Assembly: GCF_048593235.1 (NCBI RefSeq)
Contig: NC_133619.1
Coordinates: 589,179,963-589,243,962 of the forward strand
Length of the DNA: 64,000 nucleotides
Direction of reading: 5' to 3'
DNA from: Sminthopsis crassicaudata
Taxonomy: Eukaryota
Shown: positions 10,781 through 23,000 of the stretch, piece after piece
Layout of the letters: each line of letters starts with the position of its first letter
How positions within the stretch are numbered: position 1 is the first letter of the stretch
Position numbers and translations under genes: made by a program
Notes under the pieces: model-generated
What the model saw: only the letters and a program-made list of their open reading frames with translations
Told to the model about the DNA's origin: nothing
Databases searched by the model: none

Positions 10781-10899
10781 TGTGACAACCTACCTCACTG
10801 ATATTTGTTAACTAGAATTGTGATGTTTTACCTTGTTGACTTCCCACCTCAGTGTTGACATCCTACCTCATTGGCATCCAACCTCTTTGGCTTATTATC

Positions 10900-11104
10900 T
10901 CGAGTATGACTTTGATGAATGGGTTGAACACTTGGGCCACTGTTGAGCCTGGTTCTCATTGTCATACTTCTGTTTACTGATTTGCTGCTTTGTACCTCCT
11001 TGGGCATAACACTCTGTCATCTCATGGATCAAGTGAACTGTAGCTGGTGCTAAAAGTTTAGCTTGATGAGATGTGCGGTTCCCGCAAAACAAGAGAAAGG
11101 GAAT
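10900..11104 (+). pseudogene. env TM membrane-spanning and cytoplasmic-tail remnant
   Basis: Hydrophobic LLSLVLIVILLF and FCLLICCFV segments in shifted frames, ending QNKRKG over the PPT like the betaretroviral ...NKKGG.V terminus. Confidence 0.5.
11086..11103 (+). promoter_or_regulatory. 3' polypurine tract
   Basis: AAAACAAGAGAAAGGGAA immediately before the 3' LTR. Confidence 0.88.
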
Positions 11105-11668
11105 TGTAAGGGCCCTTTAAATGGGCGGACACAGTGCATCGGGAGATTGAGGCCCAGAAGTATTAGGACTGCCCTTGGGCGGGATCCTGGCCATATTGAG
11201 ATAGTTTCGTAATGGGTGACTCTCTCGCTGATTGGCTGTGTGTGTGACCTCACAGGCCCTATATAAGCCCACTGCAGGCAGCAACCGCCCTCTTTGACCT
11301 CCTGCTGTTCACCGTGGCTCACCAGCCTGGGTGGCCAAGCCAAGATGGGTAGCCGAAAGAGGTAAGGGTTTTGGTAGTGAACACATGGGTCTTCTGACCA
11401 GGTGTTCACTCGGGAACCAACAAGTCAGGGCATCAGTTAAGGCATTATGTGAGTAGGTATAATAAAGGCTTTTAAGATTACACGTGGTTGTTCTTGAGTG
11501 CGCTACCGGTTACTAAGCTATAGATTCAAGAGATTGTGACCAGAGACCTTAGAAGGCCTCAGAGGAGGCGAGCCGGGTAGAGCTCACACTGCAAAGGACA
11601 GTGGTCAAAGGTGCTCTGGTGGGTCTAGGACAGACTAGTAATTGTAACTGCCAGGAGAGCACGTTACA
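11105..11668 (+). repeat. 3' LTR (564 bp)
   Basis: No difference from the 5' LTR found by manual comparison. Confidence 0.96.
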
Positions 11669-13260
11669 TAAGAGGTTAAATAGCTTGCCTTAGATCACAC
11701 AAGTAGTAAGCTAAAGGCAGGATTTGAACCCATATATGACTCGTGAGTTATTATGCCTTCCACTGTGCCATGCTGCTCTTTAGTATCATTGTTTTGGGGA
11801 TCAGATATGGTGTCTTGGAACTGGATCATTATCTTTCTAGTCTTAGGAATCCATGTCCTGAATCAGCACAGTTCCCCCACTTTCCAGTAAAGCTAAGGAA
11901 TTCCCTAGTATGATCCAAGATTTCCTTACGTTGTCTTGTTTGACCATAGGATGCTGCACAGCATTTCCACTTCCACAATAATTTATGATTAAAGGTAACT
12001 TGTGGGACCAGTCCCAACTCTTGTGGGAAGGAAGCATCTCAACATGGAGACACAAGACTTTTTAGCTGAAAGGAGTGGGTGTGTGGGGAGGAACATAGGC
12101 TGCAAAAAAGCTCTGTTGTGGGAGTACAGGGAAGTCTTAGAGAATAAGAGCCATTTAAGGAAAAAAGAGGGCTGTGGGCAAAGAAAAGGGAATACATTGG
12201 AGTCTTGATTAGGCAAAAACAGGTAACTATGGGCCTTAATTAAGGATAGGAATTGTTAGAAGAGGATGTTAAAATAGCAAACAAAAGTCCTTTGCACAAC
12301 AATTAATTAAATAATTTCCATTGTTTTTGTTAGTATTGTTATAATAATTATTATTATAAGACATAATATACTTATATAATAATATACTTTTATTGTTAGC
12401 AAGCTCTTCTAGTTTGGAGAAAGAGAATCAAGACAGACCAAGGATTCTCAGACATCAGAGGGACCATTTGTATTAGATCAGAAATCCTGAGAGAACAGAC
12501 TTTCAGTTTTAAAGGGTTGGTGATCAAGGAGTGACATCAGAATTTTGAGAGGAGAGTGGTAAGGGTGTCAGTAGAACAGTGTTTTAGGTTTGGTGGGAAG
12601 GTTCCCCCCCACTTCTAAGGGTAAGATGATGGCTAGAACAGAATTTGAAGGGAGGCAATGGATGGTGTGGGGCAGGGTCCTCCACTTCTGAGTGGTGGTA
12701 CCTAAGGATCAGAATTTGAATGGAAGGTCTGAGGTGATGGGGAAAAGTGTCTTCAGAAGGTATTGGAGAGTCAAGTCCCCCAGTTCTGGGGGATGAGATC
12801 AGGGCAACAGAGAGTGAGGAAAGGAAATTGAAGGTTGCTATGGAAAGCAACTAAGAAAGGGGTCCAAGGACAGCCTCTTTCACTTTTAAGAATGTTCGGG
12901 GGTCTCGGACCTTCAGGAGGCTTTGGAGAGAAGGCAGAGGATGGTTAGAGGGAGTAGCTTTCCTGTTTGGGGGAAGAAGGCCAGAAGAGGAGCATCCACT
13001 AATTTTGAGGGTCTTGGGGACCAGACTGTCTGCTTTTGAGAAATTATTAAGAAGCAACAGCTGAGGATGGTCCATGCAGAAGGGTCTTCCACTTTTGTGG
13101 CATCTCAGGCAGAGAAGCCCCTGGTTTGGGTGAGAGGTAGAGAGAGCATCGTCTGAAAAGATTCCCTGATTTGGAGAAAGGTCTGGAGAGACGGGCCCCC
13201 TGCTTGGGAGGAGGATATCACAAGTAACTGACTGAGAATCTGGGGAATAAGTTCCATGTT

Positions 13261-13440
13261 TTGGAGGCCCTGGGGCTAGTCTCTTGTTTTGGGGGGCCCT
13301 GGTTTCCGTTTCCTGTTTCGGGGGCCCTGGGACCGTCCCGTTCTGGGGAGCCCTGGGACCGTCCCCTGTTTCGGGGGCCCTGGGGACCGTCCCTGTTTCG
13401 GGGGCCCTGGGACCGTCCCCTGTTTCGGGGGGCCCTGGGT
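13261..13440. repeat. GC-rich minisatellite of about 27 bp (about 5-6 copies) at the start of OSCP1 intron 1
   Basis: Unit approximately GGGGCCCTGGGACCGTCCCCTGTTTCG. Confidence 0.85.
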
Positions 13441-13450
13441 AGCCTCTCAC

Positions 13451-13562
13451 CTTTACGGGCCTTGTCTGTCGGGACGTTCTGCGCCCGCAAGCGCTGGTCC
13501 AGGATGTAGAGCATCTCCCCGCCCAGGTTCAGGAAGAGCAGAGGTAGCGTCCGCACCGACAT
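13451..13562 (-). CDS. OSCP1: OSCP1 coding exon 1 (organic solute carrier partner 1); gene continues off the left end of the window
   Basis: Translates MSVRTLPLLFLNLGGEMLYILDQRLRAQNVPTDKARK, matching the recalled OSCP1 N-terminus. It ends at a phase-1 donor G|GTGAGA, lies in a CpG island and has the expected synteny with MRPS15 and CSF3R. Confidence 0.96.
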
Positions 13563-14829
13563 GGCGCCGCGGGGCCGGGGGTCGGGGGCCGGGACTGGCC
13601 GCGGAGAGCCGGGGCACCGGGCTCCGGCAAAGCAGCAAGTGCTGAGAACGGACCCACCGCAGGCGTCTCAGCCACTCGGTTGCCAAGGTAGCGCCAATGA
13701 CTGGAAAAAGCAGCCAATCGGAGCGCCGCTTGTTGGGAGGTGGACGTCTTAAAGGCGCCAGGGAGGAGGGCGAGAAGCCCTTTGGCCGACATTTAAAGGT
13801 CCGCGGACCCAAGTCTGGGGGCTGGGCTGGGAGAGCGCTGGGCCCGGAGTCGGGGACCCGGGTTTGAATTCTGCTTTGGAGAGCGACTAGATGAGTGACC
13901 ACTAAACAAGCCACCTAGAGGCAGTGACGGACCGAGTTCGAATCTGCCTCGTCCACTGACTTAGGCCGGATCTTCCGCCTGGGCTCGTTCCCTACCTGCG
14001 GGAGGTAGGGACGGGCCTCAGCCCGCGCCTGCTCCCGCTTTGAGCACGGCCCCATCGGGACTCCCTCGGCACAGAGGCTAGCTTGCCGTTTCTTTCTCCA
14101 GCTAATTTTTACAGATGAGGAAGCTGAGGTAAACGGGGTTAAGTGCCCGAGGCCCGCCGCTGAGTGTCGCAGCTACCCTGAACTTGGTCTGACTCCGGGC
14201 TTTGCGCCTCTCCCTGTACCACCCAGCTGCCCCTAGCTCCGTCCTCACCTGTAAAGTGCGCGGATGGAAACCACTTTGCAAACGTTTAAATTCTATTTAA
14301 AGCTGTTATTCCATTTTGGAAAAAAAAAATCTCGCTTGTGGAGAACTTTGAACATCCCCCTCCCCCGAACTTCAAGTTTTTACATCACAATCCGTTACGC
14401 TCGGAGGGCGCACCATATTCCCTTTTTGTATCCCCACGCCGGCCGCAGCCAGTGCTTTGTAAATGTTTACAGACATATCCCTCTAACGGCAAGCGGTCTC
14501 TGCTAACCAAGGGTGAAAAAGGGAAAGACAGTGAAGCCGCCCACCGAGGCTGAGTCAGCGCGCTCCCAGACCGAGCCCCTCGGAGGGAGTCCGAGCTGGG
14601 TCGGATTAACCCTTTATCCCCACCCCTTTCCTTTAACAGCGCCCCAGGCTCTCTTCTCGCTCCGCCCACTCCCTTGCCAGTCCACCTTTTAGTCCAACCC
14701 TACACAATCCTGTCTTGAATCTCTTCTTCCCTCGCCTACTGCGGATCTTGCCAACCCCCAACCATGGATTACTGTCTCATCTATCTCCTTCCTTCCTCCT
14801 CATGCTGCTAAGTGTAACTGGAGGAAATC

Positions 14830-15760
14830 ACTAAAATGTTCACCGAGTCCAATACAAATCGATGCTAACTAACCTTGAATAGGTTTTCATCACAGCAAAG
14901 AAATCCTATTTCTCAGTGTCTAAGCCACTACGACCATTTGCCGAGTTCCCCCACTTTCCCTTCCCTTCTAAATCTTTTGCAAATTTAGCTTCTGATCTCA
15001 TCAGTCAATAAAACTTCTTTCCAGTTACCAATGATTTGTTAATTGCTAAATCTAAGGGCTTCATCCTTCCCTCCTCTACAGCCATTGACTCTTCTGCACA
15101 CACTTCCCTCCCTCTCGATGCTCAGTTCTTCATTCATGACTCCGCAGCCTTTGTAATGGATCTTCCTCCATATCTGTCCCACTAACTCTGGGCTCTCTTC
15201 TTGGCAATCTCATCATAGTTCAATAAACACCTCCCCGGGACGATTTCTAGATGTCTTTTTTTCCAGCTCTAGTCCTGAGCTCCAATCCCAAATGACTGGG
15301 GAACATTTCACACTTGACGTTCCCTAGGCAGACTGACCACTCCGTGTCCAAGACACAACTGATTTCTTCACAAATCCTTCCTTCTCCTGAACCTGCCTAT
15401 TACTATGAAAAGCACCACTGACTTAGTCATCCAGATTCATGACTTGGCTATCACATTCAGCTCTTCTCTCCCTCACCCTACATACGTGTGATTAGTTGCC
15501 AAGCCTTATCATTTGTTTCTCAAAGGTACACTCTATCACCACTCACCTTAACTATTCCAATAGCCAATTCTTTTCCCTTCCCCAAGCCCTTCTATACCAT
15601 TAATCTACCCTCTACTGAACTCCCAAAGCAATTTTCCTAAAACATTGCTTTGAGCAATTGCTCAATAAATTCTGGTGACTCCCAATTACTTCCAGAACCA
15701 GAGTCCTTTGTCACTTAAAATCTGGCTCCTTCCTTCCTATGAACCCTATTGTCAAGGCTC
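14830..15760 (+). mobile_element. L2 LINE fragment (RT region)
   Basis: accaatgatttgttaattgctaaatctaagg corresponds to L2 TNDLLxAKSKG, followed by L2 3' motifs. Confidence 0.65.
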
Positions 15761-16971
15761 TGTACTCGATGGTTCTGAACTAGCTCTTTCCCCCTGCATC
15801 TAGCAAGTTAGCCCAAACAGCACCTGTTTTTGTCCTTTCTCGGGTCTCCAATAGTAAATGCCATTCCTCTTTAAGATACATTCACAAATGTGCATGTATA
15901 TATAGCTGGGAGTGTTGTGATAAAGTTCAGACTTCACTCGAGTCTCTTGATTTACTCATGGCCCTGTTTCACATTATGGTTCCCCAAGAACCTGTTCCTA
16001 CTTATGCTAGTCCATCTCTTCCTTATCACGGTTTCATAAGAACCTTGCTTATGCTAGTCCATTTATTTAATAGTCCATTTGCTTCTTGCTTATGCTAGTC
16101 CATTTTTCCTTGCCTGTCAAATCCTTTCCCAACCTTTCAGGTCATTCTTTAGCACAGCAATGGCTGTCTTCTCTGATTTGCCAGCTCAGGGACTTTCTTA
16201 TGTTATAGATAATAACCACATTTACTGTTGCCTTACCCATTCATTTCTTACATCTTATTGTCATTTATTCTCATAATGATCTCTCTGACTTGACTGTTGG
16301 GTCTTCAAGGGCAGAGGCTAGATCTTCTCTTCTTGTACCCTGACTCTCTCCACCAACACCTCGCTTCTTCCAACTTTAGCTGGCTTTGGGCCTCTTACAC
16401 AGTATATGCTCAATGTCTTGTTCACTGCTAGCCAAGGGCACATTTGTATAAGCTGACTGGCCAGGGCTGGGACACACACAGCCTGAATTAATATTTGTTG
16501 AACTGAAATAAAACTTCCAATTTGTAATTCTATATTGAGGATTTTGGCAGGGACCCAAAAGCACCTTCTTTAACCTCCTCATTTTGCGGATATGAAGGAG
16601 TTGGAGTTCAGAGGATGTTAACAATTTGCTCCAGTTCACACAACTTGCTGGTATATTAGTGGGATCAAAACCTAGAGTCAACTCCAAATCTGGTGCTCTT
16701 TCTATGATACCTCTGGACCTTCTGGGCTGAAGGGGTCCCTGCCCTCAGAAGCTAACTTTTCTAAGAAATGACTTATAATGTTCATGAGAACACTCAAGCC
16801 CACGGACAAATGCCTGGCTGGGATGTGGCGTGACTTCCGGAGAGCTGCCCCGCCAGGCTACCTCCCTGAGGCTCCTGTTACACACTTGGTGAAGCTTCTC
16901 TCACTTTTCTCAGACCTACAACTCCATCTATCCCCATAATCTGCCAGGACATGAGGAAGACTGGATTTTAA

Positions 16972-16981
16972 TTTATTTATT
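16972..16981 (-). terminator. MRPS15 polyadenylation signal (overlapping AATAAA x2)
   Basis: tttatttatt on the plus strand, about 40-50 nt downstream of the MRPS15 stop codon. Confidence 0.75.
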
Positions 16982-17020
16982 TCTGGTATTAGAGTGTCAC
17001 ATGATTGGTGGGAGCCTGAG

Positions 17021-20000
17021 CTATCCAACTGAAGCTTTCGGCCTCTTCATTCTTTTATGCTTTAGAGCTTCTTGCTTCTTAAGCTTCTTCAGCGCCTGTG
17101 TCTCCTGGAATACCTATGGGAGGAAGTGGGAGGGAATGTTTCTCGAATTCTGAGTAAGTAAAACCTCATCCATGGAAGTGTCCAAGCAGAATCTGCTGGA
17201 GTCCTACTCAAGTGGAAGAGGTGTTAACAGGGAATCCCTTTTAGCCTAAGTCATCAGTCTCTGCTTAAAACCTGCCAATGATGAACTTATCTGACAGAAG
17301 ATATCCCATGACAGAAGAAAATCTGCCTCACTCTACCTTCTCTTCTCACCTCCTGGTATTCCTCTAAGGCTAAGCAGAAAAGTCTAATCTGTCTCCCACT
17401 TGACAGAACAGACTTTCTCACACTCGAAAACATTATTTTAATAGCCAAGATGAAAAAAAAAAATTGTCTTCACCAAAACTTCTTAGGCTGTGGTTGTGAC
17501 CCCATATGAGGTCACATTACTGAATGTGGGACTCGCAAAGTAATTATCAGCAAGTGCTTATTTTGCATATCTAATCTATATATTCATATGCCCAGGGTTG
17601 TGTAAAAATTTCTCAGGCAAAAAGGTGTCACAAATGGACAAAGTTTAAGCCCTAAACTAAATTGACGTCTAGGAAGGCTACTCTATGCTGCTGGCAGGCC
17701 TATATTTAGCTCCTTAGTTTTCCAACCCATTCCACAGCAGCCCAAGAAAAGTTGCTTCTGATCCTTACCTTAATACAAAAAGCCTTCTTAGTCATCCACC
17801 GTTGGTGTGCAGGGCGGTAATAAAGAGGGGGGAAGGTGTACTCAATGCCCAGCTCTTTACATGTTTTCTCAAACATCTCAAAGTTAGTCTGCCGAAGTTT
17901 CTTCAGGAGCTTATTTCTCTGATCAATGGTCATTAGCAGGGATCGCTTGTGAGCCTTGTCCTGTACAAACATAGAATTAGGGAACTGGCACTGCCAAGGG
18001 CAATGTGGGAAGGCTGGTCCACAAGTAACAGGACTTTTGTGAGGAGCTCATGGCCCAGGCACCATTATTCTACATAGGAATCTTGTCTTGTCATGTGCTC
18101 CCCCCGTAAGTGAGTGGTGGGGGCTAGTTTCTTGAATGAGTTTCCTTCCCCATTCTAATAGGCTGTATGGTTCATAAGGGCAGGGGCTATTTCTGGCTTT
18201 GTCTTTCTATTCCCAGGCACTGAACATATGAATTCCTGATGGGCACTCTAGTTTCTTCAAGTTCAGATAGGAGTGGACTTATTCACTGATTCAACATCAC
18301 AGAGATACAACTCAGGTTGTAGCTAATGGGATTTTGAGAGCAACAAATGTTAAGGTGAAGGGACTTCAGTAACTTAATCTCTCCCTTACTGGACTCTGAC
18401 TGAGGGCCAAATACTACATGATTTGTCCAGCTCAGCCTCCAATCTGTTTCTAAACTCTCAATCCAATCTACTTCATGAACCTTGTAGCCTCTGGAATCAA
18501 AGTCTGGGCCTCAGACTTCCCTTGTGATGGGAGCTTCCCAGAAGAAACAAAATAGTAATAGCTATATGGAGAGAGGATTTTAAGATTTCCCAAGTGTTTT
18601 ACCTGCTCTATTTCACTGATGCCAGTGTACTGATAACTAGTGCCATCTAGTGTCATTTTAGCACACACTGACAGTCAAGTAGTACTTTAATGATATTTAA
18701 TATAAAGCCATTTGATTATCATACAAAATCATTTTCCTTGAAATTACATCTAGTTTGGTTATTGGAAAACTCAGTTAATTTTTGAATACCTGACAGAGTC
18801 AAGCTGGTGTCTGGGCAAAAATTCTATCGGATGCCAACGAGAAACACTCATTTGCAAGCAAAGGTGTGCAAGCTTATGCACAAAAAATAGGATTAATTCA
18901 AACTATCCAAAATTTTATATCCAGTTGCTTTAGATGTAAATCAAAACATCTCCCTCTCCCCCCATAAATATTTAATGAGGAGTGTCCCTTACCTCCTCCC
19001 AGTAAGATCTTAATCCAGACCTGCTTTACTGTAGATGCTGCCAAATCTATCTCCAGGGAGGAAGGGATGGAAGGAAGAGGGAAAGGAAGGTGTGTATTAG
19101 GGGGAATGGAAGGGACAGCTCACCTTGTGATGCTTCTGCATGTGTTCTTCATAGTTTCGGATTTTGACTGTCAATTTTATAACTATAATAACAAACCACA
19201 AAAAGTCAGGACAGCAAACAATTGGAACTCAAGAGTCAAAAAAAATCTTCTTGTACTTCTATGAGAAGTACTCTGGTTCGGCAACATTGGCCTTCAGGCT
19301 GTTCCATGAACATGGTACTCCCATTTTTATCCTCTGGATATCTTCTCTGGCTGTCCCCTAAACCTGGGACAACCTCCTTCCTCCCCTTCAAGTATTGGCC
19401 TTCCTGTTTTCTTTAATTCCCAACTCAAATTCCACTTTCTACAGAAAGCCTTCTTCAACCCTCTTAGGGCCAGAGGCTTCTTTCTCCCTGTCAATTCTTT
19501 CCCATTTATTTTACTTATACCTTGTTTGTACAAACTTTTTGCATATTGTTTCCTCATTAGATTGTAGACTTTTGCCTCTTTTTGCATCCCCAGTTTCAGC
19601 ACAGTGCCAAGCACAGAGTAGGTGCTTAATGAATGTATTGATTGACAGAACTGAAGGGAGATAAAAGCCCACTGCCACCTAATTTAGGTAACTTTGACCT
19701 TTATAACCACCATTTAATCTGGCTAGAGATGGAACATATCTTGTAAACTCCCCCACACAATTCAGATCAGCAGCTATTCAGTCACTTTGCCCACGGTCAT
19801 GTGGCCAGTATGTATCAGAGGTTAGAAGTACAGACACTCTGTAATGCTAGTAAATTGCTAGTATTTCATAAGCTGTCAGTGGCCCGATAATTCAATGGCT
19901 GTGGGAGCCTTGGTGGTCTTTGGCTCCTTTCAGGCCTTCTGGGAGGGCAGGATGGGGAGTAGCAGAAACAGACCTGCATGTGAGTCAGAAGCCCTGGCCT

Positions 20001-23000
20001 GAGGTCCAGATGGGAGCTAGTGCTGCAGGACTTTGGACAGAGAAAGCACTTTCGTTCTCTGGCTCTCTGGCTGTTTCTTCAGGTACATTCTGGATACAAG
20101 ATAACCTCTAAAGCTCCTGCTAGCTCTTAAGAGTGTATGACTCCTTCTCATTTGTCAGTTCCCATCTGCCCTCAGCATCCCCAAGAACTTCTGTCAAGTT
20201 CTTGCTTCATTTCTGTGGGTACAGATGTTACTACTTCTGGGGCAAGGTAGAAAAAGCAGAAGACAGTACAGAGGAGAGACCCTCAAAATGATGGCAACCC
20301 AGCTCTGGCAGACATGCAAGAGATGAGTTCTGAGAGAGAACTGTGATGGTTCCTTGTCGAGAAATCATTGACTAATGGGGTTCTCTCGGGAATGAATCAT
20401 GACACACTACTTTTTCAAAACTACAGCTGAAGTAACCTCTGCTCCAGTGAAAAGAAGGTTTGGGGGGAGGAGTGGCCAAAGGACCAGTTCCCTTAAAGCA
20501 GGGCTAAGAAGCATTTCACAGGTAATCCACAGGTTCAACAATAAAAAGAGCAAGCACACTGTATGTACTTAGTAAGATAACTTAAATTGGACAGATATTT
20601 TCTATCAGTCCTGAGAGTTTTTGAGTAGCAGAGTAGCAGTATCGATTGGACAGGCAGAATTGTCAGAGGGATGGAAAGCTGAGGCCTCCTTCCCCAAACA
20701 GGTTCTGAAAGCAGGCCTCTGAACCTTTCATGTGGGTCTGGGTCTCTTTGATACTGAACTCACCATATAGTAAGCAGAAACTGGCCAAAGGGTAGAAGTA
20801 AGAGTTTGGGTTATTATAAGTGAAAAGGAAACTGTAATAAATAGATGGATGCCCAAGTAGAAGGTGGGGCAAGTGGATATTTGGATGGATGATTGTCCAT
20901 TAGAGCTGGAAAGGACCTTTTACACACTCAAGTCAAATTCCTTAATTTTAAGAGGAGAATGTGTCCAAAGAAGGGAGGGAGATTTAAACAAGTCACAGAA
21001 TGAAATCCCACTAGGAAAGAACCTTAAAACACAGAAATGTTAGAGAACAAAGAATTTCAGGGCAAGGAGAGGCCTTAGATCAAAGAAGTCAGGGTTGGGA
21101 GGAGTCTTAGAACATAGAATGTGAAATTGGGAGGAAGCTGGAACACAGAACATAGACGAATAGTTTAGAGGGGCCTCAGAGATTATCACTCTTTTACATA
21201 CTAGGTAATTACAGCCTAGAGTAAAGCTTTTTAAAGTGTAGGTTGTGACTCTATATGGAGTTATATAACTGAATGTGGCAACAGTAAAAGTTTTCTGAAT
21301 GCTTTATATCCTAGGGTATTGAATATTCCATCAAATATTCTTTATGCAAAAATAAACAAGCACATCCATCTCCATTACTATGCAAATTTGCTTTCATCTT
21401 TATAAATGGTAAAATTGTATATATACCAAAGAATTGTTTAAAAACAAATTTCTTTATGATTAATTATTAGTAAATATTTCCATACCTCTTTTATATATCT
21501 GTAAACCTGGATTGTGTAAAAATTTCTTGGGTGAAAAGGGGATAGAAAAGGTTTAAAGTGTTCTGGTTTAGAGAAGCTAAGGGACTTGTTTAAAGTCCAA
21601 TTTCACACAAGGCCATCTCCAGTCATTCTGATCAATATCTGGCCACTGAATCCAGATGACTCTGGAGGGGAGGGTGGGCAGGTGACCTTGCATAGTCCTT
21701 CCTGCTTGAAATCCAATTCATTTGCATGTCACAGCATCCCCTCCCCAATGTCATGGTCCTCTTTGAGAACAAAGGACAAACAAGATGCCTTATACAATAA
21801 GTAGCAAAGCTGGGAGTGGTAGTAGTTCTCAAAACTATTTGTTTGGTTCCTGATTCATTTGAGTAAGAGCCCAAATATCATTGATTCTCTCTTATCCCAG
21901 CCTCATTGAACTCAAGAGAAAAACACACCAGAATGGACAGAGAGCTGAAGTGGTTCTTACTGAGAAACTAACTAGATGCCAAACCCATTACTAAAGGTCG
22001 GGTTCTCCAAGCACCATTAGCAGCACTGACCACAGGAGAGGCCATAGTCTCACTATCCTTTGCCCTAGTCAGGTCATATCTGGGGTGCCATTCAGTTCAG
22101 AGTGTCATGAGCAATGGTTGAAGGAATTAGGAGTGTTTAGGTTGGAGAAGAAAAGACTAGGCACACTGGAGGATGGAGGAGTGTGAGTAGAGAAGGATAA
22201 AGATGCTAGCTATATTTGGTTATGGGAAGGACGGCCTTGTGGAGGAATTAGAGTTGTTCTTTTAGGCCCCAGAAATCACAACCCAGAACAAGAGAGAAGC
22301 TGCAAAGCATCTGTTTAAGTTTGATGTGAGAGTTTTCTAAAAAGGGGAATGGCTGCTTCAGGAGGAAGTGGCTCTCCTCAGTTCAGGGTTAAGCAGAGGC
22401 TGCATGAGCATGTATCAGGGATCTCAGATTCCCATGAGACCTCTTCCAAATCTCAGATTTCCTAACTGTGACCAAGCTTCTGACCCTCCTTGGAGTGCTC
22501 GTCCAGACCTAGAGCACTTGTTGGGAAGGTAAGAGTTAACTGCAATCCAGTCATTCAACAATCACTGGTTAAGTACCTCCCACTTGCTATATACCAGAGA
22601 GACAAAAAAAGGCTAAAACAGTCCTTACCCTCAGGGAGCTAACATTTTAATGGGGGAAAAATCATGCAAACACACTTTATGAAAATAGGATACACAAGGT
22701 ATAAACAGAAGGTAATCTTAGAAGGCACTAAGCAGTAGAAGGGATGGGGAAAGATTTCCTGCAGAAGTTGGGAAGAGGCCAGGGGAGCCAAAAGGTGATG
22801 AGAAAACTCTAGGTAGAGGATATAGTCAGTGAAAAGGCAGAAGATGGATATAGCATAGGACTAACCTCGAGCTTCCAGCGATGTGGTATCTTCTGGATTT
22901 GCTGTGATCTTGTTTAACAACTGCTCCGTCTTTACCCTCATTTTCTCCTTCTGATGGGAGAATAAACCAGAATGTATGGTTTGGGCTCCTTTATCCTCAA

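Larger units (their letters stand above)
7880..11668 (+). mobile_element. Non-autonomous endogenous retrovirus (betaretrovirus/ERV2-like), 3789 bp, in OSCP1 intron 1, antisense to the host gene
   Basis: TG...CA-bounded 564-bp direct repeats and a 6-bp TSD TAAGAG (7874-7879 and 11669-11674). PBS follows the 5' LTR and PPT precedes the 3' LTR. Removing the element rejoins a split MIR SINE. Confidence 0.96.
13260..14680. promoter_or_regulatory. CpG island / OSCP1 promoter
   Basis: High GC and CpG density. CCAAT boxes near 13693 and 13714 and an X-box-like GTTGCCAAGGTAGC at 13679-13692. Confidence 0.8.

Noticed and set aside
12851-13450. 199-aa minus-strand ORF after OSCP1 exon 1
   Set aside because: It starts at the intron donor and runs through the 27-bp minisatellite and degraded repeat sequence; there is no protein signature.
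13930-13950. tRNA gene suggested by GTTCGAATC
   Set aside because: No cloverleaf or matching A-box; the context is a MIR head.
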